A stretch of DNA of 64,000 bases from an uncultured Candidatus Saccharibacteria bacterium (GCA_965230975.1 OZ246402.1:864859-928858); one strand, 5' to 3'. Counted from the first letter of the stretch, positions 9,925 through 19,323 are shown. A program made the numbers and translations. The notes: generated by a model not told the origin, from the sequence alone.

Positions 9925-10881
9925 TTACCTCCACTCAAAGCCCCTTCCCAAGTGCCCCCACTGTGCAGTTTGGTAGTACTGCGGGTTTCTTAACTTTAAC
10001 AAATCAATAATCCCTTGAGGTGTTAAGTCATAATCATGAATTTCTACCTCTTTACCATCTACAATTGCAACAGCCATAACTGGCTTGGCAACACCAATGG
10101 AGTAGGCAAGCTTTGTATGCACCTCTTTAGCATTAAATTTCAATAAGTAATCAACAGCAATACGCCTTGCAATATATGCACCACTTCTATCAACCTTAGT
10201 ACCATCCTTACCACTAAAAGCTCCACCACCAATAGGAATTCTAGGGCCATAATTATCAACAGCCAGCTTTCTACCTGTAACACCCGCATCTGCGTCAAAA
10301 CCTCCAATATTCCAATCTCCAGCTGGGTTAATAAAATATTCCTTAGCATTTGGAATAACATTTTTAACCTCTGAAAGTAGGGTAGACCTATCTACATTTT
10401 GAAAAGAAGCAACTACTGCAATCACATTACCCTTATCATCTAAAGTAACTTGAGTTTTACCATCAAAAGGGTATTTTGAATAAATACTTTTAGCTAACTT
10501 TCTTGCCAGAAAATATTCTTGGGGCATAAATTCAGAATTTTCATTACAAGCATAGCCAATCATAATTCCTTGGTCTCCCGCACCACCAATATCAACACCT
10601 TGTGCAATTTGAGAAGACTGCTTAGCTAGATTTATTGCAAACTTGTAATCTTTTAATTCAGGAAAGTGCTTTAAGATAGTACTTTTAATCTTTGCATTTG
10701 ATAACAACGCATTAGTTGTCACCTCCCCAGTAATAGTAATTTGACCATGACCACCCATAGTCTCCACCGCAACTCTAGAGTGTGGGTCTTTTTGCAAACA
10801 TAAATCTAAAATTAAATCCGAGATTTGATCACAAATCTTATCTGGATGCCTTGGCGTAACGCACTCTGCTGTATACAACAT
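9925..10881 (-). CDS. metK: S-adenosylmethionine synthetase, compact form (about 318 aa)
   Basis: TPRHPDKICDQISD, GGAGDQGIMIGYA, GGGAFSGKD and KVDRSGAYIARRIA match MetK signatures. I place the start at the first ATG (10881). The track's upstream extension to 11004 uses a TTG and overlaps the riboswitch terminator. Confidence 0.9.
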   Translation of the reverse strand: MLYTAECVTPRHPDKICDQISDLILDLCLQKDPHSRVAVETMGGHGQITITGEVTTNALLSNAKIKSTILKHFPELKDYKFAINLAKQSSQIAQGVDIGGAGDQGIMIGYACNENSEFMPQEYFLARKLAKSIYSKYPFDGKTQVTLDDKGNVIAVVASFQNVDRSTLLSEVKNVIPNAKEYFINPAGDWNIGGFDADAGVTGRKLAVDNYGPRIPIGGGAFSGKDGTKVDRSGAYIARRIAVDYLLKFNAKEVHTKLAYSIGVAKPVMAVAIVDGKEVEIHDYDLTPQGIIDLLKLRNPQYYQTAQWGHLGRGFEWR

Positions 10882-10965
10882 ATAAAAATAATAAAAATTT
10901 AAATTACTTAAGCAAAATCTAGGGGCTGTATTTAATAGTAAGAACTTAATTGCAATAAAAATTGC

Positions 10966-10990
10966 AAAAAAATCTTCCCAATAGGGAAGA
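10966..10990 (-). terminator. intrinsic terminator of the SAM riboswitch expression platform
   Basis: Minus strand TCTTCCC-TAT-TGGGAAGA followed by TTTTTTT. The upstream aptamer 3' segment GGGAAAGA can pair alternatively with TCTTCCC, acting as an antiterminator. Confidence 0.6.
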
Positions 10991-11108
10991 GTAATGTTTT
11001 GCAATCATCTTTCCCAGTATGGGCTAGAAGTAGCACCTTAAAGTTTTTAATTTCAGGTTGCTGGCAGGTTATTGGGCTAGTTCCCTCGCTGCGCTCTAGA
11101 TATTTGAT
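10966..11108 (-). promoter_or_regulatory. SAM-I (S-box) riboswitch in the metK leader
   Basis: Minus-strand motifs in order: GAGGGAACUAGCCC, CCAGCAACC, AAGGUGCUA, GGGAAAGAUGA, then terminator hairpin plus U7. This matches the SAM-I consensus GGAGGGACUGGCCC...GCAACC...GGUGCUAA...GAAAGAUGA. It lies about 85 nt upstream of metK. Confidence 0.65.
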
Positions 11109-11197
11109 TAAGTTGTGTTTAAATTCTAACTCTAATCGTAAAAAAAAGGAAGATTAAAATCTATTAATAATTAATAGAAGTTTAAAAGTTTAATGAT

Positions 11198-12613
11198 TTA
11201 GCTAGAAAATGGATTAGTTGTATTCTTTGGTCTATAGAAAAATACCAATCTAATAATATAAGCAATAGCCAATATCACACCCAAAATTGTTGCAATTAAC
11301 AAAGCAATTAGTATTGTATTAGATGTACCTTGGGCCGGGAATAGTCCGGCAAAAAAACCTACCAAAGGATCACTTGTTTGGTTGTTGCCTGTATTATTAT
11401 TTACAGATGTATTATTGTTAGTTTGTGTCTCAGAAGTTGTTGTAGTACTTCCAGTATTAGAATTCTGACCAGTAGGCTGATTAGTTTGACCCGTGGTTGA
11501 AGTAGTTTCTGTTTCATTTGAACTAGTATCAACTGCTTCATTATTATTATTTGCTATACTCCCTGAATTTGAAGTGTTGTTGCTAGCAGTATTGTTGCTA
11601 TTTGTATTAGTGTTATTAGCATTAGTACCAGTATTATTATTAGGCTGAGTCGTTTCATTTGGATCAGAAACACTGCCAGATGAGCCAATACCAGTATTTA
11701 AGCATTGAATGCTACACGAATCTGTATTATTTTGATTACCATCATCACATTGCTCAGATCCATTTTTAATTCCATCTCCACATTTAGCTCCTTGAACAGT
11801 TTGAGATGTGCAAGTAGCCGAGCAATAGTTGCAAGTAGAACCATAATTTGCCTGGCATGCAACTCCATTATTAGTAGCATTATCACATTGTTCGCTACCT
11901 CCAACAACACCATCTCCACATTTATTTCCTTGCAAAGTTATAGTTGTACAAGAAGCAGAGCAATAGTTGCAACTAGAGTTATAACCAGGCTGACATAATT
12001 TCCCATTATTTGCCCCAGCATCGCATTGCTCGCTACCACCACTAACCCCATCTCCACAAACATTTGTAACTACATTTTTAAAGTTTAATACTAAATTACC
12101 ATACCCATTTGATGCTAATCTGTTTGGGTAACCCAAAGTACTACCTTCGGCAATACTTAAAGTAGTACTTTGAGCTGAATTATTTTTAATTTTGAAATTA
12201 AAAGTCACCAAAGTATTTCCAGCAGTAAAAGATGACTCTCCAGTTATCGCAACATCTACTGTAATCACTCCTGTTGTATTATTAATATTCTTATTTAAAG
12301 CTAATAGATTTGAGGCTTCACTTATCAATACACCTTCCAAATATGTTGGGTCATAGTTTAAGACAACTTCCGCAACTTTATCTGATTCAACATTTTGTGC
12401 ACTTAAATTTACTGAGAAATTAGTGTTCACTGGCTGATCCACTAATGTTGCCGGTGAAGCTAGTTGCAAGACAAGTTTACCTGTATTTGCCGCAGAGCTG
12501 TTGTCTGGAGCAATATTGTTTCTAAGCAAAAAAAAGTAAACTGAGAATAAAACTAATGTAATTAATGCTGCTATTAAAAATATATTTCCAGGATTAATTT
12601 TAAATTTATTCAT
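11198..12613 (-). CDS. secreted/anchored cysteine-rich repeat protein (CGDG...EQCD repeats x3), 471 aa
   Basis: N-terminal hydrophobic signal/anchor. Three tandem repeats of about 45 aa: CGDGVSGGSEQCDAGANNG...CNYCSASC, CGDGVVGGSEQCDNATNNG...CNYCSATC, CGDGIKNGSEQCDDGNQNN. This is the Myxococcus-type cysteine-rich repeat pattern. Then an N/T/S-rich low-complexity stalk and a C-terminal TM (ILIALLIATILGVILAIAYII). Confidence 0.6.
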   Translation of the reverse strand: MNKFKINPGNIFLIAALITLVLFSVYFFLLRNNIAPDNSSAANTGKLVLQLASPATLVDQPVNTNFSVNLSAQNVESDKVAEVVLNYDPTYLEGVLISEASNLLALNKNINNTTGVITVDVAITGESSFTAGNTLVTFNFKIKNNSAQSTTLSIAEGSTLGYPNRLASNGYGNLVLNFKNVVTNVCGDGVSGGSEQCDAGANNGKLCQPGYNSSCNYCSASCTTITLQGNKCGDGVVGGSEQCDNATNNGVACQANYGSTCNYCSATCTSQTVQGAKCGDGIKNGSEQCDDGNQNNTDSCSIQCLNTGIGSSGSVSDPNETTQPNNNTGTNANNTNTNSNNTASNNTSNSGSIANNNNEAVDTSSNETETTSTTGQTNQPTGQNSNTGSTTTTSETQTNNNTSVNNNTGNNQTSDPLVGFFAGLFPAQGTSNTILIALLIATILGVILAIAYIIRLVFFYRPKNTTNPFSS

Positions 12614-12869
12614 TTAGTTTAATTAATTTATAAGAAATCAAAATTTTGTTTATATTGTTTGGCGATTAATAATAGTTACATTCTATTGTACTATGTGCAA
12701 TCAAAGCAAATTTTTCTATTATCTATACTTAACTACCAATAGCTAATATAGGTAATAGTTTTGACAATAATTAAAAAGAAAGCTGTGTAAATATTTTGTA
12801 AATATTATGCAAAGCTTTATTAGTTAGTATGTAAATGAGCTATTTTAACTTCTGAAAATATAAATTAAC

Positions 12870-13268
12870 TTACTCTATAATTTCTAAAGGTGTGACAGAT
12901 TTATCTACTGTGAATACATCTTTATAATTATTAACTTCAAAAAGACTATCTATGTTAATAACTTTATAATTTGAATTAGTTGAGTGATTTGTAACAGTAT
13001 AAGTACAAGAAGCGCCATCAATTGTTACTGTACCACTGCCTAAATAATTTCTGTTTAGTGTTATTCTTAACAAAGCCTCGTCTAAACAACTCTGCACATT
13101 AGATTTTGCACGGTTTAAATTCAAATAGTTTCTAGAAACTGAAGCAGAATCAATACTTAAGTAAACAACAGAAATACCTGTTACAACTAAAACCGTTGCC
13201 ATAACTAGTAAAGTAGTTAAAGCAACTACACCACTATACTTTTTTTTAAAATCTACTTTTACAACCAT
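12870..13268 (-). CDS. PilX-like minor pilin / pilus assembly protein, 132 aa
   Basis: N-terminal hydrophobic helix GVVALTTLLVMATVLVVTGISVVYL, typical of a PilX N-terminal domain. Last gene of the pilus operon. Confidence 0.5.
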   Translation of the reverse strand: MVVKVDFKKKYSGVVALTTLLVMATVLVVTGISVVYLSIDSASVSRNYLNLNRAKSNVQSCLDEALLRITLNRNYLGSGTVTIDGASCTYTVTNHSTNSNYKVINIDSLFEVNNYKDVFTVDKSVTPLEIIE

Positions 13269-13269
13269 A

Positions 13270-13794
13270 CTAATCTCCTAAAATATAAAAAGAATTAGTA
13301 ATAGTCCTATCCTTTCTAGGCTCAGAATTATTTTCAACATAAATCGACAAATTTATTTTAATACCAATAATATTAGTCAATGTTGTATCAGATGTATAAA
13401 CTGGAGTTATATTAAACTTATTAACAAAAACCTCTACTGGCGTAATAGGGCTTGTGGTTGTACCTTTTGTAATTACCAATCTATTTTGCGCTATTTTAAA
13501 TTCTACAGTTTCTCCATTTTTTAAAATTGCATTCAAAACTCCGTTATCACTATCAAAAGCAGAATTAATAGATACAACGGTTTGAATATTTGATAGATTA
13601 GTTTCTAAAACTTGATTTGCGAAAATCATTGCGTTATCTAATCTTGTAGATGTATTTGTGCTTGAATTAATTTGCCTTATAGATATTGAGAATTCAATAA
13701 TCATTACAAATATTAAAGCAAATAACGCCATGTAAACCACAACTTCTATTAATGTAAATGCTTTTAATTTTTTATTAACTAATTTATTTACCAT
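13270..13794 (-). CDS. minor pilin with prepilin-type N-terminal cleavage/methylation domain, 174 aa
   Basis: KLKAFTLIEVVVYMALFALIFVMII (class III signal-like: FTLIE with Glu at +5). Confidence 0.6.
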   Translation of the reverse strand: MVNKLVNKKLKAFTLIEVVVYMALFALIFVMIIEFSISIRQINSSTNTSTRLDNAMIFANQVLETNLSNIQTVVSINSAFDSDNGVLNAILKNGETVEFKIAQNRLVITKGTTTSPITPVEVFVNKFNITPVYTSDTTLTNIIGIKINLSIYVENNSEPRKDRTITNSFYILGD

Positions 13795-15763
13795 AATTTA
13801 AAGTAATATCTGTAAGTAGGGGAGTGCTAATTTTATCGGATGTAAAAAATGCTTTATATTGTATATATCTTTTTCCATGCAAAATTGAGGGTAATACCTC
13901 TCCATTGTTATTTGTAAAATATGTAGATGAAGTTCCATCTGGACCTACCCAAACTCCATCACTTAAATTTGACTGATTACCGGTTTTTATTTGGAACTTT
14001 AAATCAGTTAATGCAGGTACTGTTTCAGTCCATTTTAATAAATAGTAATATACTTTAGACGTGCCAATATCTATTATGTTTGATGTGTACTCACCCAAAG
14101 CCATATAGCCATTTCCGCTTACACCAGAATTATCCCCACCTTTAATTATTCTAAATTCCGAATTTGCATCATTACTTATTACGTATGTAAATCTTTCATT
14201 TAGTGGGGGGGTAACAACCGAGGTGACCCCATTTAAAGGTATATCTGTATTTAATCCACCGCATCTAACCAAATTATTATTATTTTCAATATTTACTACT
14301 TGATATTCTTCTCCATTTGCCCCAACAATAATTGCTTTATTATCTATTACAGTAACTCCATTAACACTCATTCCATTGGTGTCGTAACTACCAATTACCG
14401 GCATTCCATTCTTTTTTACAGATGTATCTATAATAAAAAATTCATTAGAAGATGAGGCAGATGTTGTTCCAATATAAACCCTTGATCCATCTTCATTAAC
14501 AAAAAGGTCGTTTGATTGCTGATAATTTACATCAGAATTGCCTACCAAAGACATGCTACTTGGATTAGTTATATTTACCACTACAAGCTCATACCAATCG
14601 TTATACAAACTAATGAATGCATAGTTGCCCCTAATTTCTATTTCAGATGCAATGCCTACAAAAAACCCATATAGTCCTTTTGCAACAGTAATAGAGCTTA
14701 ATTGAGGTCTTGAACCGGTTTTACTTGTTAAATCAAATGATCGTAGTTCCTTACCTTGAATTACATACCCAACATTTCCTTTAATATAAACGCTTTCTGC
14801 ATCTGTTGTACCACTAGCATTAAAGTATCCTACCTCAGTAAATGGTGTTGTTGTAACGTTTACAATAACAACCTCTTTTGAATCATTAGTTGTTGCTAGA
14901 TATGCATAGTTACCATCTGAAAAGATTGATTTTGTTTCATAACCTGTAAAAGTACCTTGAACATTTACAACAGCAGGATTAGTAGAGTGATTAATATCTA
15001 TACCTTGTAAAGACGAGGTTGTTGAAGAGCTACCTAAATATGCCTTACCGGGGATAGAGCTAATTAATGTTGGAATTCCAGAACCCGGCAAATTATATGT
15101 TGTTTGTGTAAACTCTGGTCTGCACCAATCAGAATATAAAACGGATTGTAACCTAACCGCTCCATCTCCAACCGTTGAATCAACAAAAGTTCCGGTTTTA
15201 GTTCCGTCATTAAACTCTAAAGTTGTTGTCTCAGTAAGATTTGTAGTGTTCCAATTTGTTAGGTAAATATTATTAGATACAGTATTTAATTCTCCAAAAG
15301 AATCCGTCCAAGTTACAGAAATCTCGGCATTTTTTGTTCCATAATCAATAGTACCTCCACTAGTAACAATATTTAAAGATGAATCTCTATAAACCGGCTT
15401 CAATGTAAAGCTAATGTTTAAACCACTTTCAGCATCACTTCCATCCAATATTGAAAGTCTGTTATTAACTAAAGCTAAGTGTTTAGGCTGATCAAAAGGA
15501 ATATCCATAATACTTTTCCAACTATCATTTTTTAATGCTTGGAGGGTACTTACCAACTCATTAATCTTAATACCCGCATTAACTCTTTCCCACTTATTTA
15601 AGTTGTATCTAGAGGCCTCTAAGCTAAACGATATAACACTTAATACGATTATGCTTGCCAATCCTATCGTTAATACAAGCTCGGTTAAGCTAAATGCTTT
15701 AATTTTTTTGAAATTCAACAAGTCCTTCATTATTGATTGAAACAGTATAACTTTCATCACCAT
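13784..15763 (-). CDS. large pilin-like protein with prepilin-type N-terminal domain, 659 aa (possibly tip or minor pilin)
   Basis: KIKAFSLTELVLTIGLASIIVLSVISF near the N-terminus. Rest is Ser/Thr/Asn/Gly-rich and beta-rich. The true start may be the internal Met at MKDLLNF. Overlaps the upstream gene. Confidence 0.55.
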   Translation of the reverse strand: MVMKVILFQSIMKDLLNFKKIKAFSLTELVLTIGLASIIVLSVISFSLEASRYNLNKWERVNAGIKINELVSTLQALKNDSWKSIMDIPFDQPKHLALVNNRLSILDGSDAESGLNISFTLKPVYRDSSLNIVTSGGTIDYGTKNAEISVTWTDSFGELNTVSNNIYLTNWNTTNLTETTTLEFNDGTKTGTFVDSTVGDGAVRLQSVLYSDWCRPEFTQTTYNLPGSGIPTLISSIPGKAYLGSSSTTSSLQGIDINHSTNPAVVNVQGTFTGYETKSIFSDGNYAYLATTNDSKEVVIVNVTTTPFTEVGYFNASGTTDAESVYIKGNVGYVIQGKELRSFDLTSKTGSRPQLSSITVAKGLYGFFVGIASEIEIRGNYAFISLYNDWYELVVVNITNPSSMSLVGNSDVNYQQSNDLFVNEDGSRVYIGTTSASSSNEFFIIDTSVKKNGMPVIGSYDTNGMSVNGVTVIDNKAIIVGANGEEYQVVNIENNNNLVRCGGLNTDIPLNGVTSVVTPPLNERFTYVISNDANSEFRIIKGGDNSGVSGNGYMALGEYTSNIIDIGTSKVYYYLLKWTETVPALTDLKFQIKTGNQSNLSDGVWVGPDGTSSTYFTNNNGEVLPSILHGKRYIQYKAFFTSDKISTPLLTDITLNYGK

Positions 15764-16148
15764 TAGATAAAGTAATATTCCCCGTAGTATTAGGTTTTAA
15801 ATTATTTTTAGCAAAAAGAATCTCATTTGAAGCATTACCTAAATTTAAATTACTTATACTTATATTACCTGGGAAAGTAATTGTTTCTGTAACTACTAAA
15901 TTAGAAGTATCTGACCCTGCTAGTATTGAATAATTTGTATTATTAAGTCTAATGCCATAGGCTTTATCATTTTCAGAAGAAAATGCATCTTGTTGTATTT
16001 TAAAAATGGCAGATGCAAGATTTGCGGACTCAGATGATAAATTACCATTTCTAATAGTTCCAATTGTAAATGGGAACAGAATTACTGCAAAGAAGCTCAT
16101 TAAGGCTAAAGTTATTAATATTTCTATTAAGGTAAATGCTTTTACCAT
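15699..16148 (-). CDS. minor pilin with prepilin-type N-terminal domain, 149 aa
   Basis: MVKAFTLIEILITLALMSFFAVILF. Confidence 0.6.
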   Translation of the reverse strand: MVKAFTLIEILITLALMSFFAVILFPFTIGTIRNGNLSSESANLASAIFKIQQDAFSSENDKAYGIRLNNTNYSILAGSDTSNLVVTETITFPGNISISNLNLGNASNEILFAKNNLKPNTTGNITLSNGDESYTVSINNEGLVEFQKN

Positions 16149-16162
16149 ATTGTTGTTTGAAT

Positions 16163-17248
16163 TTAGTTATTAATACTTCCGGTTAACTGGTAGATTGGAG
16201 TAATAATTAATAGAGCTAGTGCACCAATCATTCCTCCGGCAAAAATAAGTAAAAGTGGCTCAAGCAATGTTGTAAGGTTACTACTTAAATCTAATACCTC
16301 TTCTGTATAAAAGTCGTATAGATAATTTAAGTTATCTTCTAAGTTCCCAGTCTTTTCACCTGTCTCAATTAATTTTACAAAAGTCGGTGGGAATAATTTG
16401 GGGAACGAACCAATAGATTCAAATAAATTCTTACCATCTTTTGTCATTTCATTCATTTTTTGCAATGCATTTTTATAGTATCTATTTCCAATAGTATCGG
16501 ATGCAATTACCAATGCTTTTTGAAATGGAACACCACTTTGTAATAAAATCCCCAATGTTCTAGAAAAATTAGCAAGTATCTGTTTCTTATTTATTTCTTT
16601 GAATATAGGAACATTTAGGGCCATAAAATCTTTAAAAGCCCCGCCTGCATTTGAAGGTAAAAACAATTTAAAAAACAAAACATAAAAAATTCCCAACCCA
16701 ATCAAAACCTGCGGCCAATAGTCTCTTAAAAAAGCGGAGAAATCTAAAATAGCAAGCGTTAACGGCGGAACTTCTGCTAATCCTCTAAATACACTTTCAA
16801 GCTTTGGCAAAATAAAAAATATTACGCCAACCATCTCTATAATTGTTAGTCCAAAAATAATAAGTGGGTATGTTGTAGAACCTTTAATTTTTCTGTTTAG
16901 TTCGTATTGTTTTTTTAAATATTGTGCCAAAAATATTAAGTTTTGCTCTAAAGTACCTCCCTGTTCACCAATGTCTACTATAGATACGACCATTTTAGAA
17001 AAGATTTTTGGGTATCTTTTCATAGCCTCGGTTAATGATTTACCACTAACAACATCTTTTTGAATATCACTGTATACTTTTTTTAAATAGGGGTCTTCTA
17101 CCTGTTTTACTAAAACCTCAAGTGATTCATCTATGGCTAAGCCGGACCCAATCATTGTGACTAAATGCTTCATGGATAAAGCAATATCTACAGGTGAAAC
17201 TGAATGAAATAAAAAGATTTGTTTGTCTTTAGAAATATCTATTACCAT
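16163..17248 (-). CDS. pilC: type IV pilus assembly platform protein PilC (GspF family), 361 aa
   Basis: GspF-type repeats with multiple TM segments. Operon position between pilB and the minor pilins. Confidence 0.8.
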   Translation of the reverse strand: MVIDISKDKQIFLFHSVSPVDIALSMKHLVTMIGSGLAIDESLEVLVKQVEDPYLKKVYSDIQKDVVSGKSLTEAMKRYPKIFSKMVVSIVDIGEQGGTLEQNLIFLAQYLKKQYELNRKIKGSTTYPLIIFGLTIIEMVGVIFFILPKLESVFRGLAEVPPLTLAILDFSAFLRDYWPQVLIGLGIFYVLFFKLFLPSNAGGAFKDFMALNVPIFKEINKKQILANFSRTLGILLQSGVPFQKALVIASDTIGNRYYKNALQKMNEMTKDGKNLFESIGSFPKLFPPTFVKLIETGEKTGNLEDNLNYLYDFYTEEVLDLSSNLTTLLEPLLLIFAGGMIGALALLIITPIYQLTGSINN

Positions 17249-17301
17249 ATAAATTTATTCTACACAAAGTGGGGGGAGAGATCAATTTTTGAAGGTTTAA
17301 T

Positions 17302-18741
17302 CTATTCTTTTAATGCAGTAACCCTGCAAACTTCTGTAATACTTGTTATCCCTTCTAATATTTTTGCAACACCGTCTTCTACAATTAGCTTTAGACCATT
17401 TTCTCTTGCCAAATCGTACAGTTCTTCTGCATTTGCAGAAATTGCAATTTGCTTTCTAATATTTTCTTTAACTTCTAACATCTCATATAAACCTATCCTT
17501 CCTTTAAAGCCTGTACCTCTACACTTTGTGCAACCTTTCTCAGAATAAACCTCTGTCCCTTCTTTTAAAAGTGATGCAATATCAGGCCTAGTTTGCTTTA
17601 AGCTTGTCAGCTCTTCTGATGTTAATTTGCTTTTTGTTTTACAATTATCACAAAGCCTTCTGGCAAGTCTTTGTGCGACAATAATATTCAAAGTACTTGC
17701 TACTAAAAACTTTTCTACACCCATATCTACCAATCTTGGGATTGTAGTTACAGCATCATTTGTGTGTAGTGTTGAAAGGACTATGTGTCCGGTCATAGCC
17801 GCGTTGATTGCGATCTTAGCAGTTTCAGAGTCTCTAATTTCACCAATCATAATTACATTTGGGTCTTGTCTTAAAATTGCTCTTAACCCATTTGCAAATG
17901 TTAAATCTACTTTGTTATTAATTTGAACATGGTTAACTCCTTCTAGGTCGTATTCAACAGGGTCTTCTACCGTTGTTATGTTAATTTCCGGTTTGCTAAT
18001 AATTTTTAAAATAGAGTAGAGAGTTGTAGTTTTTCCGGAACCAGTAGGTCCAACTGCCAAAATCATGCCGTAAGGTTTAGAGTAAGATCTTTGAATCATC
18101 TCTAATTCTTTTCCAACTATTCCTAAATCTTCTAAATTATATGATTTGCCTTCTGAAGATAGTATTCTTATTACAACCTTTTCCCCTTTTGTTATTGGTA
18201 ATATTGAAATTCTGGTATCAATTTTTTTCTCTTTGTAAATAAATGGAATACGACCGTCTAATGGAGCAAAGTGTTCATCAGTTGGTAGCTTAGCTAATAT
18301 TTTAAACTTAAACATTAAAGTAGACTCTAATGCTTTGTTTAGTTCGTATACAATTCTTAACAGACCATCTATTCTAAATCTTATAATAATTTTTTCTTCA
18401 TGTGGCTCTATGTGAATATCTGATGCGTCCGCCTGTATTGCACTATAAATTATTTCATCTATAAACTTAGTTACATCATCTACTTTGTCCACCTTAACAA
18501 CATCTGGGTTATTACCCTCAAAATTTGGGTTTGGGATTATTGCATTAGGGCTAGAAACTACCTCAGAATCACTTTTTGAATCTTTGTCTTTTTTTGTATC
18601 AACCGATTTTAGTGCAGAGTTATCTATTTTTTTATCAGACTTATCAACTTCAGATGATGAGCCCCTGGTATTATCAGGTTCATCTGTTTTATCTTCTTCT
18701 TTATCTTTTTTTGGTTTTCCAAGCTCTGTAAAAAATGACAT
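17302..18741 (-). CDS. pilB: type IV pilus assembly ATPase PilB (GspE family) with about 95-aa disordered charged N-terminal extension
   Basis: Walker A GPTGSGKTTT, Asp/His boxes, C-terminal tetracysteine CDNC...CTKCRGTG. N-terminal KDKEEDKTDEPDN... low-complexity region. Confidence 0.88.
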   Translation of the reverse strand: MSFFTELGKPKKDKEEDKTDEPDNTRGSSSEVDKSDKKIDNSALKSVDTKKDKDSKSDSEVVSSPNAIIPNPNFEGNNPDVVKVDKVDDVTKFIDEIIYSAIQADASDIHIEPHEEKIIIRFRIDGLLRIVYELNKALESTLMFKFKILAKLPTDEHFAPLDGRIPFIYKEKKIDTRISILPITKGEKVVIRILSSEGKSYNLEDLGIVGKELEMIQRSYSKPYGMILAVGPTGSGKTTTLYSILKIISKPEINITTVEDPVEYDLEGVNHVQINNKVDLTFANGLRAILRQDPNVIMIGEIRDSETAKIAINAAMTGHIVLSTLHTNDAVTTIPRLVDMGVEKFLVASTLNIIVAQRLARRLCDNCKTKSKLTSEELTSLKQTRPDIASLLKEGTEVYSEKGCTKCRGTGFKGRIGLYEMLEVKENIRKQIAISANAEELYDLARENGLKLIVEDGVAKILEGITSITEVCRVTALKE

Positions 18742-18780
18742 ACGACATTCTAATGAAAATAAAACTCAAAGTAAACACAT

Positions 18781-18810
18781 AAAAAAATAGCCCCTTTTCA
18801 GGGGCTATTT
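18781..18810 (-). terminator. intrinsic terminator between major pilin gene and pilB
   Basis: Minus strand AGCCCCTGAAAAGGGGCT followed by ATTTTTTT, 16 nt after the pilin stop. Confidence 0.7.
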
Positions 18811-18825
18811 AAGCTTTAATTCAAG

Positions 18826-19323
18826 TTATCTACTAACTAAAATTGTTTTACTATTCTCTGCACTTGGAGCATCTACTTGAACTCTGTTAGAAGCTGTTAA
18901 GCAAATTCTATATCCTGTATTTTCTGGAGTACCAGACTGAGGATCTTGAGGAATTGCTACTACAAATTCTGGAACTAATGTTGCACCTAAGTCAAGGTTA
19001 CCGGCACCACTTCCGATTGTTGCTGGTGTTGCTGAACATAGTGGAATAGTACCCAAGTCAGTCAATTGATTACCAACCTCAGATGTATATTGAGTAACAG
19101 CATTTAAAATTGTTGTTACATCAGATGACCTTGTTGTATTTCTTGCATCTGCAAAGTTTTTTGCAGGGTTAATAGCAATAATAGTGATTGCAGCAAGGAT
19201 AGCAATTAAAGCAACAACTACAAGGATTTCAACCAAAGTGAATCCGCCAACTACCTTTCTTTTGTGTAAAGGAGTTTTGTGTGCAGTTTTATGAGCAGGC
19301 TTTTTTGTTTTAGCCATAAACAA
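18826..19323 (-). CDS. type IV major pilin (PilA-like) with long basic leader peptide, 165 aa
   Basis: MFMAKTKKPAHKTAHKTPLHKRKVVGG|FTLVEILVVVALIAILAAITIIA: G-FTLVE cleavage/methylation motif after a leader of about 26 aa. First gene of the operon, followed by a terminator. Confidence 0.8.
   Translation of the reverse strand: MFMAKTKKPAHKTAHKTPLHKRKVVGGFTLVEILVVVALIAILAAITIIAINPAKNFADARNTTRSSDVTTILNAVTQYTSEVGNQLTDLGTIPLCSATPATIGSGAGNLDLGATLVPEFVVAIPQDPQSGTPENTGYRICLTASNRVQVDAPSAENSKTILVSR

Noticed and set aside
10882-11004. N-terminal 41-residue extension of the metK ORF in the track (TTG start at 11004)
   Set aside because: This stretch holds the SAM riboswitch terminator/antiterminator and the 5' UTR. 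The MetK homology begins exactly at the first ATG (10881).
17219-18790. Plus-strand ORFs 17219..17548, 17627..17926 and 18485..18790 overlapping pilB on the opposite strand
   Set aside because: Antisense to a strongly supported GspE ATPase gene. Low-complexity translations.
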